Below, piece by piece: positions 1 through 10,964 of a stretch of DNA of 62,225 nucleotides. The stretch comes from Macrostomum lignano. Its lineage: Eukaryota. The position numbers were made by a program, and so were the translations under genes. Within the stretch, counting starts at the first letter, position 1. Every line of letters starts with the position of its first letter. The notes beneath the pieces were generated by a model. It saw nothing but the letters and a program-made list of their open reading frames with translations. It did no database searches and was not told where the DNA came from. Location of the stretch: positions 1-62,225 of the forward strand of contig NIVC01004060.1 of NCBI GenBank assembly GCA_002269645.1, written 5' to 3'.

Positions 1-2476
1 GTTTTACGGAAAGCCTCGAACACATCCGCCAGAAGCAGCACGTCCAAAGACAGGTATGCTGTTGTGTAGTCCCGCAGGCTGCGGCAACCGAATTCTTGCC
101 AGCTTTTTTCGGCCCGGGCGTAGTCCTCGAGCGAGCAGGGCTCCTCCCTGCAGTGTGGTCAAAAACGCCTCTCTGGTGGGAGACGCGTAAACTGAATCTA
201 TTTTCTCAAAAGAATCCGCAAATGAAGTACGGATAGACTCCTTTTTGGCAAACAGAGTCGTTTCGCTCGGACGGATAGAACTTTAGAAGCTCCCTTGTAC
301 AGATGAGTTGATCTGGTTGAAGGCGCCTGCCAGGCTCGCCAGGCTTGACGGTAAATAGGCAAATGAGTCTTTGAATACAAATTTCAAACCACGTCTCGTC
401 AAATCCCATCCGTGCTGGTGCTGCCTCACTGCAGTCGAAACTTAATGGAAAATGTTTTAAGCCGCTCACGGTTTTTCCGGCAAGACATTCAACGAATGTC
501 CTTGCTGGTGCCTGAGAAAGTCTCGTAGATCTCTCGAATGATAATTTCGAATCGAATTTTCAGGTTGTGCATAAAAAACTGTTATTTTTCGGCGTTGTAA
601 ACTTAGTTTTGATTGCAAGAGCAACATAAAAACAGCACGAGGACGGCCTGTCAAATGGCAGTGATCCAAAAACAGCTTGATCTTCTTCTTCTCCGGGTCC
701 GAACTCCCGCAGACACAACTGGCAATTTGTCGCTGCCTGCAGCACTAGTTTTCGTGCGGGAAGAAACTTTCTCATCAGTGGTTTGTGGAGTTCTAGCCGT
801 CCATAGTGCATGATTTCCGAAGCTAGTTGGCGTAATTTTAGAAGAAACTGGCTCCGCAAATTGAGCCCGGCCGAGCTCTGAGACTAGAATACAGCACCTC
901 ACACGGCTTTCCAGCGCAATAGGAAGGCAGCTTGCTTTGAAGTCTTGCGGCTGGGTAACCAATCTGTAGCCCAGGCAGAGTGGTACGAGTACTTCGCACA
1001 ATACCGCTGCCAAGTTTGGGAACCGGGTGACCGTGCAGCCGCCTGTTCCGGACTCATTGCAATCGTTTCTAGATCTGAATAAATAACAAATAAAGCAGGT
1101 AGTCGAGTCTCATCGACTGTGAAGCGCACAAAAGCCTCCTCTTTAGCTGCATTTCTTCACGCGGAACAAAGCGGATCTCGCGAAAGCTGACCTTCCGGTT
1201 CAGACTGCCATACACAGCCCCTTGGTTGAGCTGCAGGCTCGGTTGAGGCACGGACGTGCCAGTACAGCAGTGCTCGTTCAAGATGAAGTCCCAGGACACA
1301 GTGTGATTAAATGGCGCTAAACAGTCGGGACAGAAACGCCGTCGCCGCGTGTTAGAACTTAGCAGGCTTTGCAAATTCTTGATAGGCACATAGTGCCCAA
1401 ACTTGAAGCTTGAATAAGGTGGTATGAACAGGCAATTTGCCGTGTAGATAGCTTCTGGTGTTTTTTTCGAAAAAAACAAGCTAGCAGATTTGCTTTCGTG
1501 ATCCCAGACAAACATGCGTAAGCCAAGAGTGGGATTTTTTCTCAGAAACTTTTTGTAGCTGTGTGCATTGTGCCGTTTAGGACCGGATGGATTTCGACCG
1601 AAATCGAAAACTTGCAACCATCGCTTGTAGCTGGCTCGTCTAGCCGGTCGGGCCACATCTTTTTGAAAGACGCTTGCTACTACAGCATAGCAAAAACAAT
1701 CCTGCTGGTTCGCATTGTTGGTTTTAGAAGTAGCACAGATCCAGCTTTTTTCGCCAGTGACAGCGGAATTTTGAAAGGTGTGGCCGCCGCCGCCGCGCCG
1801 CCGCCGCGCCGCCGCGCGTTGCTCCAGCTCCTGCCCGCGCTGTACAGACGCTCTCGCACGAGAGCGTCTGTACAGGGCGAGTAAAAAATCAACTGTTCCA
1901 CCGCCTCGAGATGCCAATTGCTGCCTTGTTTTTGAAATTTTCCAGTCGAGTGACAAGATCGCCAACAGCGCGCAAAAACCACTGGTTAAAGGCGTCGGGC
2001 GAAAGAAGAGCTCCAGCAGCAGCAGCAGACTCTTCGTCAATTGTTATCGTGAAGATATTGGTATTGAAATAAACTGAAATCTCCTGTTGTTGCAGCGTTG
2101 GCTGGTCGGCATCACTAGCAGCAGCAGCTGCTGGCATCAGACGACTTAGCTTACACTTTAAATGAATGCAAGTTCGCATTAGTAGATCTGGCTGCAGTAA
2201 CATACTGAAAAGTCTGTAGATCGGCTGTTGAAGTGAAGCGAGCACCTCAGAGATCCCGTTGTTGTTGTCGTTGCCAGTGCCGTCAGCAGTGGGAATAAAT
2301 TTTAGAAAATTAGCTCTTCCATGCAGCGCTGATTCTTCCAGAACCGCATTCCAGCCACTAGGCGGATTGCTAATCAACGATTCCAGAGGGTGAAAACAAG
2401 CACCGTGCGAATGCGCATGCAGTGCTGCCTGGGTTCCGAATCATTTGCCGCAAACGCGGCACTGAATCCGTGGCAT
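1..2476 (-). pseudogene. Protein-primed family B DNA polymerase (Polinton/Maverick/adintovirus type) with N-terminal C2H2 finger and endonuclease VII insert; frameshifted, and continues beyond the left edge
   Basis: ATG at 2476 gives MPRIQCRVCGK*FGTQAALHAHSH (C2H2 finger with in-frame TGA at 2441-2443). Pieces in ORFs 1889-2377, 1069-2040, 899-1129, 560-859, 466-669 and 206-469 carry NNANQQDCFCYAVVAS, GHYVPIKNLQSLL..FCPDCL..F....EHC, IYSDLET, CQLCLREF..DHCHLTG (Endo VII) and KGVYPY. Nt 59-1 translate to AYLSLDVLLLADVFEAFRK. There are multiple frameshifts. Confidence 0.85.
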
Positions 2477-2689
2477 TTGCCGCCGACGAGCTGTGATTTA
2501 AGTATTACATGAGTTAATTAGGAGCAGGAAACTTTCTTTCTACTAATACAAGTAGTAAAAAATTAACTTGAACGCCGATTTGGTTTCATTATTTGACAAT
2601 AATGAAATGATGGTTGCAAATTTTTTTTTTCTTTCAGAGTAGTCGACTCAGTATGCACAAATTAAATATTCAAGAATTAAGCTTTGATT

Positions 2690-3425
2690 TCACATCACTG
2701 CCTCGATAAAACCGCCACTAGGAGGCGGTTGACGCGAGCCTTGCACCAGGTCGCGCACCAGCCGGCTCAGATCTTCGACTGTTGATGATTCTGTAACCCT
2801 CAGTTGAACCACAAACCCGTAGCTTGGGAATGTGGCTTGCTGCGCCGCAGCCAGCCCTTGAAGATAGGCCAGGTCGATGTTGGCTTCTTCAGGCCGATTT
2901 CGTTGGCGAATGCGCTGCAGTGCCAGCTCCGGGTCGATTTCAGGGTACACCAGAGACCAGAGTGCAATCCTCTCGAGATGTAACCGTCTTTGTCTTCTTT
3001 TCTAAGACCTGCAGCTGATTAACGAGAATTGCTTGCTGGGTACCATTCAAACGCCCTTGATGTTTTAGATGCGTTAAAAATGCATAGCAGCTGCCCAGGT
3101 GTCGGTCTGCCACAATAAACCGATGCGTGCCTTTTGCAGCGATTTTGCGGAGCTTCATGTCGCGTCTCACCATCTCGTGCGACACATGGACTTGAAATTC
3201 AAAAGCGGACAAGTCACCATCGTAAAACTGCTGCAGCAGATTCTGCTCCGTGTAACGGTGCTTTCGGTAGTATTCCACCGGCTCCCGAGCAAACTCGTAC
3301 CCTCCTTTCCAACATTCCAGCCGAGCCATCAGAGCCAGATTGCGGACAAGGGAAGATTTTCCCGCCCCAATTAGACCTTCGGTCACGTAAGTTCGAGTCT
3401 GAGCACGGAGTTGGGCGGCAATTTG
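2690..3425 (-). pseudogene. Deoxynucleoside (thymidine) kinase, dNK family; one frameshift near 2950-3000
   Basis: P-loop TEGLIGAGKS, EPVEYY, DRHLGSCYAF, then in the next frame PELALQRIRQRNRPEEANIDLAYL (lid motif). The frame is open from a ttcatttcag acceptor at 3426 and has no ATG before the P-loop. Confidence 0.88.
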
Positions 3426-3438
3426 CTGAAATGAATAA

Positions 3439-4003
3439 TTAGACGGCTGCTTGGGGCAAATGTTGGAAAACCTTCAACACTTGCTTCAGTTCCTCGAGAT
3501 TTTGAGGACCACAGACTATAAATTTCCGACTAAAGAACAGGTTCAGGAACAGCCTCGGGTTGCACTGAAGCCTGCAGGAGATTGCTATAGGGAAATTTTC
3601 CTTATCCATGCTTAAACGATAGCCGCTCTCCAACTTCAGTGTAGTGGTATCCGAAAAGAGGGACTCCAGGAGGGGAGTGCGGACAGATGAATCTAGGCCT
3701 TCTGCATAAGTACTTGTCTGCACACACACAGACTCATAGTCTAATCCACCGCTGCATAGCTCGTTTATGAAGCACAGGCACCTTACTGCTTGAATTTTAG
3801 AATTGGAACCAAAAATTTTTACTTTCCCGGCCATTGGGATATAGCTTAACAGAACAAACACAAAAGCGGGTTTTAAGCATCGAAGGGCGCCCACGATAGA
3901 GTTTTGACTCCCGCTAGGCAGAAATTAGCTTAGACTTTAACAGATCCAGCTGCCCGCCTGGTGGAGTGACTAATCGAGCCCCCACTACATGTTGCAGCCG
4001 TCT
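3439..4003 (-). pseudogene. TATA-binding-protein-like (two TBP repeats), with an in-frame TAG at 3914-3916 and a frameshift at ~3830
   Basis: Repeat 1 reconstructs as RRLQHVVGA..GGQLDLLKSKL..LYRGRPSMLKTR..SVKLYPNG/KVKIFG (cf. TBP LQNIVST..LDL..IFASGKMVVTG). Repeat 2 is CVQTST..SMDKENFPIAISCRL..PRLFLNLFFSRKFIVCGPQNLEEL (cf. YEPELFPGLIYRM..PKIVLLIFVSGKIVLTGAKQREEI). Confidence 0.75.
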
Positions 4004-4098
4004 CTGGAAGAGACAAGGAACAAGAAAAACACATTTCTTGATTTCTGTAAAACAATGAGATGTTACACGTTTATTTGACTTGCATTTGAACTTCAACT

Positions 4099-4225
4099 CA
4101 AGGACTACTTAACAACACAGGACGTTACACTTGCAAATATTGGCAGAATTCTAACATGCCGCTTTGAATGTATGTGTCTTTGGATATTTGCAAGTGTAAC
4201 GTCCTGTGTTGTTAAGTAGTCCTTG
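4099..4225. mobile_element. 127-bp MITE with perfect 42-bp TIRs and an 8-bp TSD (P-element-like termini CAAGG)
   Basis: 4099-4140 is the exact reverse complement of 4184-4225. CTTCAACT flanks both sides (4091-4098 and 4226-4233). Confidence 0.9.
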
Positions 4226-4406
4226 CTTCAACTTTTGGTTAAAAAATAGCGCGGGTTAACTAGTTTTCAGACTAGCTAGCTTTCTGACTAACTAGCCAGG
4301 CAAAAATCAATGGTCAAGCATTTAGATAGGACCATAACAATAGTTCATTTTTGTTTTTCTTGGTTTTGAAGAAGTCACTAAAGCGCCCGATCTAAGCTGA
4401 TGCTTT

Positions 4407-6395
4407 TCAGGTAAAAGCGTCAAAGGGCGGTGACAAATCGCGGTCCTCCACTAGGTCATCAGTTTCCTCCTCCGAGCCGTCAGCAGAAGCTGAAAGCGGG
4501 CTCTGCGGGGCTCGCATTCTTGGCTTTGTGGGCGCTTTTCGCCCAGACGGACGACTCACGAGCTGCTCTATCGGCGGCTTGCAGACCTCCATGAGGTCCT
4601 GCGCAATCGCTTCAACGATACGTATTTGAGTCCGAGCTGTCAGCAGCAGAGGTGGCCTTCCGCTTGCGAATCCGCGGCAACTTCTTCGGCGGCGGCATGG
4701 TCCTGTCATCCGGATATCATCAGTCTGCTTGCTGACCGTCTTTGTCAGCGGCTGTTGGTGGTTGTGGTGTTCTTGAGTCAGCGTCCGGGTGAGTTGAGGT
4801 AGAAATATCTCAACCGGGAGTTGATCAGGTGATGGTTTCAACTTGGAGGCGTGCGTGACCATTGGTGGAGCATTCAGCTTGTTGATGTCCTGTATTAGAG
4901 CGTTCTGCGGTGATACCCGCTTGAGGAGACGGAACGGTCCTCGATAAGGGTTAGAAAACTTTGAGGCTTTTTGTCCGGAGATCTCTAGGTAGCAGCGAGA
5001 ACCAGGTTGTAGTCGGTAAGTCGTTGGTGGAGTCTCCTCATTATGTCGTCGGGCTCGCTCCTCTGCAGTAGCGTGGAGGTAATGGAGGGCGACATCTTGA
5101 GCCAGAGTAATGCTGGAGCAAATGGTTTCCAATGGTTGTATGTTGTCGGAGTAAACAGAGATCTGGTGATCAAGGATTCGCGTGCTCGGAGCTTGGAAAT
5201 CGCGAGCAAAGAATAGGTAAAATGGTGATTCGCGCATCACAGTGTGGGCGCAGTGTTGAGGGCGAGCGTCACTGCCGGTAGGTGCTCTGTCCATTTGTCT
5301 GGCTGGTCGTGCACGAACGTGGTGAGTGCCTGCTTCAGTGTTCGGTGCGCTCTTTCGACGAAGTTGCTTGACGGCTGATAGTAGGAGGTATAGATTAGTT
5401 TAATTCCGAGGGCTGCCATATAGTCTGAATTCCGTAGAGATGAACTGTGGTCCGTTGTCTAGGATGATGTTAGCAGGTATGCCAGCGAGTGCGAAGACAT
5501 GGCGAAATAGGTGTTCACACACCGTTGACGATGTTGTGTCAGCTAGTGGGATTGTGAAGAGAAATTTGCTAACTCCGCATTGTGCCGTCAAGATGTACTT
5601 GTAGACGTCTCGCTGATGGTGTGCAGATGGTAGTGGACCGACCAGGTCGATGGTTAGGTGTGAGAAGACGTTAGCGAACTTAACTGCTCTGAGTTCAGGG
5701 TGGACTTTTCGACCAGGTTTCGCTCGATGGCAGATTTCACATTTCTTGACGTAGTCCATGGTGTCATTGTAACAGTTCGGCCAGTAGTAGTATCGAGAGA
5801 GCCGGTACCAGGTTTTTTCAAAACCGAGGTGGCCGCCAAACGGTGAACTGTGACTCTCATTTAGTAGGGCCTGCTGATATTCGGTTGGGATTACTAGTCG
5901 CAGGTTGGAATTGCCCTTTGCTGACTCATAGTAGAGTGTTTCGTTCGCGTAATGGTAATTGTCAATGTGATTCCGTACTCTCAGCTGTCCGCCTGCACAT
6001 TGCACGTGAAGTGAGTGTGGTGCGATCTTGGCGTTCAGTTTCTGTGCAAAAGCCGGTGAGATGCAACTAATTGAGGCGCCGCTGTCGATGAGAGCCGTGC
6101 ATTTGTGTCTTGTCGCTGGAGGCATAGTGCACCATAGTGCTATCAACGTGCGCGTGGTGAGATGTTTTAGGACGGTGTTGCATGCGATCGGCCATGGAGG
6201 AACCGGTGGTTTAGGCGCTGGTAGTGGTTTCCTCGTTGTCGTAGAAGGTGTTGGTGTTGGTTCGGTCTGCTGTGCTGTCGAGGTTATTTCGATTGGCGGT
6301 GCTGACGGGGCGGCCGGCGGAGCCCGTCGTGGCGGTGATGAGTTTAATAGTACCATTGGTATTTGGTTTGGAGCCGATCGGATGCAATGATGCAT
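4407..6395 (-). pseudogene. Ty3/Gypsy-type partial aspartic protease fused to integrase (H2C2, DDE core, GPF motif); no RT/RNase H; two frameshifts
   Basis: LIDSGASISCIS (protease active site); HSSPFGGHLG...CEICHRAK (zinc finger); TIDLVG, ILDNGPQF and VERAHRTLK (D,D,E); YRGPFRLLK (GPY/F). Spread over ORFs 5400-6395, 5237-5419 and 4407-5294. Confidence 0.92.
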
Positions 6396-9300
6396 GGCGC
6401 CGTCTATTCCTTGGGCTATCTGTTGTTCGGAGGACCATCAGACGGTGCGTACGTCCGTATCGTACCGTGGTCGCGACGCAGAAACGACCAATATTGCAGA
6501 TGAAGATTAGTAGCGCGGCATATACAATGACCGCGGAGCTGAACAGAAAACGTTCCATGTGGTTGTCGCGGAATCGTTCCCAATTAAAGATGGTGGTGCT
6601 CCAGAGATTCTTAAATGCTTGTGTAGCGTCCAGTCTGAAGCTTGAGGCGTCCGCCAGCAGTTCTTGGCGGGTTTTGTTATTGTTCAGCTTAAAGACAGTA
6701 ACTAGGAAGTCTCTTGTTTGCATGAATTTTTCCATCATGTCTGTTACGGTGACCGGACTTCGCAGAGTGCTGTAGTTGACATCGCCAATGGGTGTGAAAA
6801 TGCTCCGTCTCAGGTCGCTATAAAGTGATTGTAGAAGGTACGTTTCGTCGGTGACCTGATGTGAGTCTAGTTCGCGAATGTCGCTGAAATTGGTCGTTGC
6901 TTTGAAGATAGAGGTATCTTTCGGTAGATAGTATCCATCTTGATATTCGCACGGTATTAGTGGTGGTTTGGCGGTTGAGACGATGAGCGTGGTGGTATCC
7001 AGATAAGCTAGTACGCTCCTGTTTTGTAGTTGAAATTTCATAGGTGGTCGCGTATAACATCTATTGGACTTGTACTCCGGTTGGACGAATGTGAAGTCGT
7101 AAAGTGGTTTGCACTGATGTACGAAAAAGTGACCAGCAATCGACTGAGCGTATAAGAAGCGGTCGTTGAAGAGTTGTCGTGCAGCCAGTGTCGGATTGGT
7201 GTAGTACAGTGTGCGACTGTATCTCAGGTTGAGGGCGTACATTTTGCATTGTGTCTTAGTAAGTTGCGTGTGTACTGTCTTGAGGTCTTGGTGTAATTTC
7301 ATCTCGAGGGCTTGTAGGCGGCTGGAAAGTAATTCTGCTGAGGCCAAGTTTGTAGATAGTTGAGGTGCTGATTGGTTGTCGGCTGGCGTTTCACTTGAGC
7401 GTCGAATACGTACTTTGTCTAACGTCGGCGCTGCGTCTCGTTGTAAATATGGTATTGCCAGTGGATCATATTGATATTCTTCGGTTTGTGGTGTTGTGGC
7501 GTCCGTTGGCGGATCGATTGACATTGTGTGGGTTCTTCGGCTTGTCAATGGAGTTAGAGCAGTTTCCGTTAATCTTGGAGGTTCTGATGTCGTCACTGTC
7601 GATGTTTGCGGTTGCGTCGTGGTTGTGGAGGCCACCAATTGTGTCGTTGGTGTAGGACTGTCCGTGATTGGTTTCGTCGTGGTCGTCTCTTGCGTTGTTG
7701 GATCAGTTTTCGTCGTCGTTTGGTGCGTAGTCGTTCGGGTCATGTCAGTCGTCGATTTTACGACTGTCGTTGTAGGACTTGTTGTAGGGTTGGTTGATGT
7801 CTTCAGCGCATCTGTTGTTGTTCGTGTGGTCGGCGTCTATTTCAGCGTGGTTGTGCTGGTGGCTGTCGTGGTGGTACTCGTCCTTAGATTTGTTAATGTT
7901 GTCGATGTCGTCGGTGTCGTTGATGTTGTCGGTGTCGTCGTCGTTGTCGATGTTGTCGATGTTGTCGGAGTTGGGGAAGTTGTCGGAGTTGGGGAAGTTG
8001 TCGGAGTTGGGGAAGTTGTCGGAGTTGGGGAAGTTGTCGAAGTTGTCGCAGTTGTCGAAGTTGTCGCAGTTGTCGAAGTTGTCGCAGTTGTCGAAGTTGT
8101 CGCAGTTGTCGAAGTTGTCGCAGTTGTCGAAGTTGTCGCAGTTGTCGAAGTTGTCGCAGTTGTCGAAGTTGTCGCAGTTGTCGAAGTTGTCGCAGTTGTC
8201 GAAGTTGTCGCAGTTGTCGAAGTTGTCGCAGTTGTCGAAGTTGTCGCAGTTGTCGAAGTTGTCGCAGTTGTCGAAGTTGCCATGGCGATTTGTTTGTAGG
8301 GTAGTGAACGGCTAGGACGGGATTTCGTTTCTGCCGTATTGGGAGTGGCGTCCGATGACTGGTTTGTCTGAGCAGTCGGAGTTGGAGGTGTTGGCCTTAT
8401 CGCATTAAGGAAGTGTTGTTCTTGTTCAAGTACTTCGACGTAGAGTCCTTGCTCGGAAAGGTAAAGCTTTTTGGTGCCAGCGGAGCAGCTAAGAGTGTGC
8501 TGAGGCGGTGTAGCTGCAAATGTTAAAGCTAGCGTTTGGTCGTCGTTGATGAAAAAGTTGGAGTGCTGTAGTCCATTCAGAGCGCGGAACGGTATTAATG
8601 AACAATCTGATTGTGGTGGTACATTCCAGGACAACGTTAGTTTTCGCTCGCCTGCTGCGTGGAGAGTGGCGACGGCCGGTGGAGTTAGTTGTGTCCAGGC
8701 CTCTGTCAGAAGCTGATGTGGTAGATTAAAACGCATCATCTGTTCCACAGTTGTCGGGATGGTGCAGCCTTTTGTTGAATAGACACAATGTTTGATCGGA
8801 AACGCCAGTGATTCCATCGGATCTGTTGGACTAGCAAAAGCGGCGATGCTAGTAATCAAGGTGGATGCCGTTATCGTTTGAGTACGAGAGGCGAGGCAGT
8901 TGTCCAGCAAAGTTGTCTGTATGGCTGACCGGAATAGTTGTTGGCCAGAAACTGTGGCTACTATTTGTAGTTGGCCATCAGGTGAATTTCTGGACACGAC
9001 CCATTGTAGACAAGCGAGTGGCGTTGTCGGTTTCGGTTTCACAGTTATGTGAGCTTCACGAAAAGTGCGTAGGTGTGAGCCAAGACGATTGCAGTTGATA
9101 GTTATCTCTTCCCGATAACACATGTTCATCATTATCCGGGTCTTTGCTAGGTTAGAGGTGTAGAGCCGTAGACGCATTGGGATAGCTCTTGTTTCTTGCG
9201 GGTTGAAGGACTCGCACCGTATTTCGGTAGGGATCTTGAAAATTCGAACAGGGCCTTTGAGCGGGCAGACCATTGGTGTATCGACGAATGTTGGGTGATC

Positions 9301-10063
9301 GAGTGATGCCGTTCCGTTACGTGTTCCGATCAGAGTGGTGATCAGTAAACCAAGGAGTAATACGCCTAGTTGACCGTGAGTGTTTAGATGAGTCGTCTTG
9401 CGGGTCGGTTGTCTCAGAGAACGCTGAGTTGTGGGCGCGCAGTCCGGGCAGTTGGGAGTCCAAGGGACGACCTGGATGCCCATGACTTCGGCCTTGGTGC
9501 TCTGCTGTCGGCGCATAAGGGCACGCAGGAGGTTGTATTGCGGTCCAGTCCCGGTGAAGTAGTATGGTCCACTACTTACTGGAGTAGACACATTGACTTC
9601 CGGCTTTGATTCCATGGCCTTGTCGGCACCCGTCGGCTGCTGTTGTTCAGTGCTGGGGGGGGGGTGCGCTTGTCGTTACGACCTGTAGGGCGTTCAGCGA
9701 GGCTGCTGGGGCTCGCGGTGACGGCGATCGTGAGTGGCTTCCGTTTGATCTGTTTGGTCCATAGGAATTTCTGTTGGAGAAGCGGACCTGTCGTCTGTCT
9801 GAGTGTTGATTGGCATCCATGATGATTTCCGGTACAAACGGATGGGCTGGTGGTGAATAACCAGAGGGCCAAGCAGTTGGTGAAGTAGTTACGTCGGGAG
9901 TAGAGCCGGAAAGTCGTCGGGTACTCGAGGTTGTGTTGTCAAGTGCTTGGTCTGTGTCAGCGGCTGGCGCTGAGTTTCGTTGCAATTCGCGCGATTTAGC
10001 TGTAGGGGATTGTGATGCTGCTCGTCGACCAGAGCGTAAGAGCATGCAGGATCCTGCTATCAA
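6211..10063 (-). pseudogene. Envelope glycoprotein of herpes gB / chuvirus G (class III fusogen) type, with long N-terminal leader, internal signal sequence, mucin-like Thr repeat and C-terminal TM
   Basis: ORFs 9647-10063, 7837-9615 and 6211-7743 join through a G-homopolymer frameshift (~9656-9665) and one in-frame TAG (7837-7839). Motifs: hydrophobic LGVLLLGLLITTLIG; Cys-rich ectodomain; RPSR furin-like site; TNPTLAARQLF..AQSIAGHFFVHQC (cf. gB NP..I.SA..G..V.AR..GDV.AV..C); CYTRPPMKF...LIPC (cf. HSV gB CYSRPLVSF...IEPC); TM FSSAVIVYAALLIFI. Confidence 0.8.
7961..8280. repeat. Coding 18-bp tandem repeat (TTSPTP x~4, then TTATTS x~13 on the minus strand)
   Basis: Units gttgtcggagttggggaa and gttgtcgcagttgtcgaa, in frame within the glycoprotein ORF. 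Confidence 0.95.
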
Positions 10064-10964
10064 AAGAAGTGGTTCTGGGTTATAATAAGAGTATGAGAGA
10101 TAATTTAATTAAGCAATATTTTGAGAATACACTGAGCATTATACCAGGGTACCATCTGGGTCGTGTTTATCTGGACTATCCCTTTGGTCATTATTTTGTA
10201 ATATCGGTATGACATGTAATGAGAATTCTGACATGTATGCACACGAGTGACTACTGCTTAAGTAGTATCAGACGATAATCAAACAGAATATATGTGTATC
10301 AGCGTATTGATCAAAATTGTAGGCTGTGGAGCCTGTAGACTTTTTTGTAAACGAATACGAGCATCTATTGCAAAATAGGCTATACGACAGGGCCACAGAC
10401 TACAGTGTGGGCTTGTTAGGAAACGGTACGGCGGATGCCACAGGTGCGTTTGTGGGCTTATTGCGCGAGTTCGGTGCACGAACTGTAATGTGTGATGAGT
10501 TGCCGGCCAGGAATGAATGTCGCGGCAGGGCGACCGTCGCAGCTTGTGTGACCTTTTAACCGGAATCGCCGATTTGCGATCTCCGACCAGCTCTTCGGGC
10601 ACAGCTTGTGTGGCCGGGTTAACAACTGAGTGCCACTACCGAACTAGTGGCCGCCACGACTGGGTGGCTTAACGTGGGCCCACGTTTTTACTCTCTATGC
10701 TACTAGTAGCCCTCTGTGTCAAGCGTCGTTGAGAAAGAGAGAAGAAAAAAGGGACAGAACGAAGAAAAGGCGGTCTATATATTTTGTGTTTTTTGTTTGT
10801 CAATTTTCTGTAAGACCGCTAATAAGAGAGTGAGATGTAGTTCGTTGTACTTATATTTAGAAATTTATTTGGAGTAGAGCATTGAAGGTGAAGTAGTATG
10901 TCATTGTCAGATAAATAGCATAGCGATATACGAGCTAGTGGTGTTAGTTAAGGGACGTTCGTAT

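Noticed and set aside
4099-4225. Hairpin as a viral terminus or replication origin
   Set aside because: It is flanked by a perfect 8-bp direct repeat (CTTCAACT), which is better explained as a MITE insertion.
4230-4406. 3' LTR or polypurine tract after the integrase
   Set aside because: No similarity to the LTR family, no convincing PPT and no TG...CA unit.
7837-7839. Programmed stop-codon readthrough in the glycoprotein
   Set aside because: The context AAA-TAG-ACG matches a nearby AAA-TCG-ACG unit, so a TCG>TAG substitution or sequencing error is simpler. The locus has many other lesions.
7496-8315. Plus-strand Val-rich and LSKLSQ ORFs (7496-8299, 7794-8315)
   Set aside because: These are antisense shadows of the Thr repeat in the glycoprotein.
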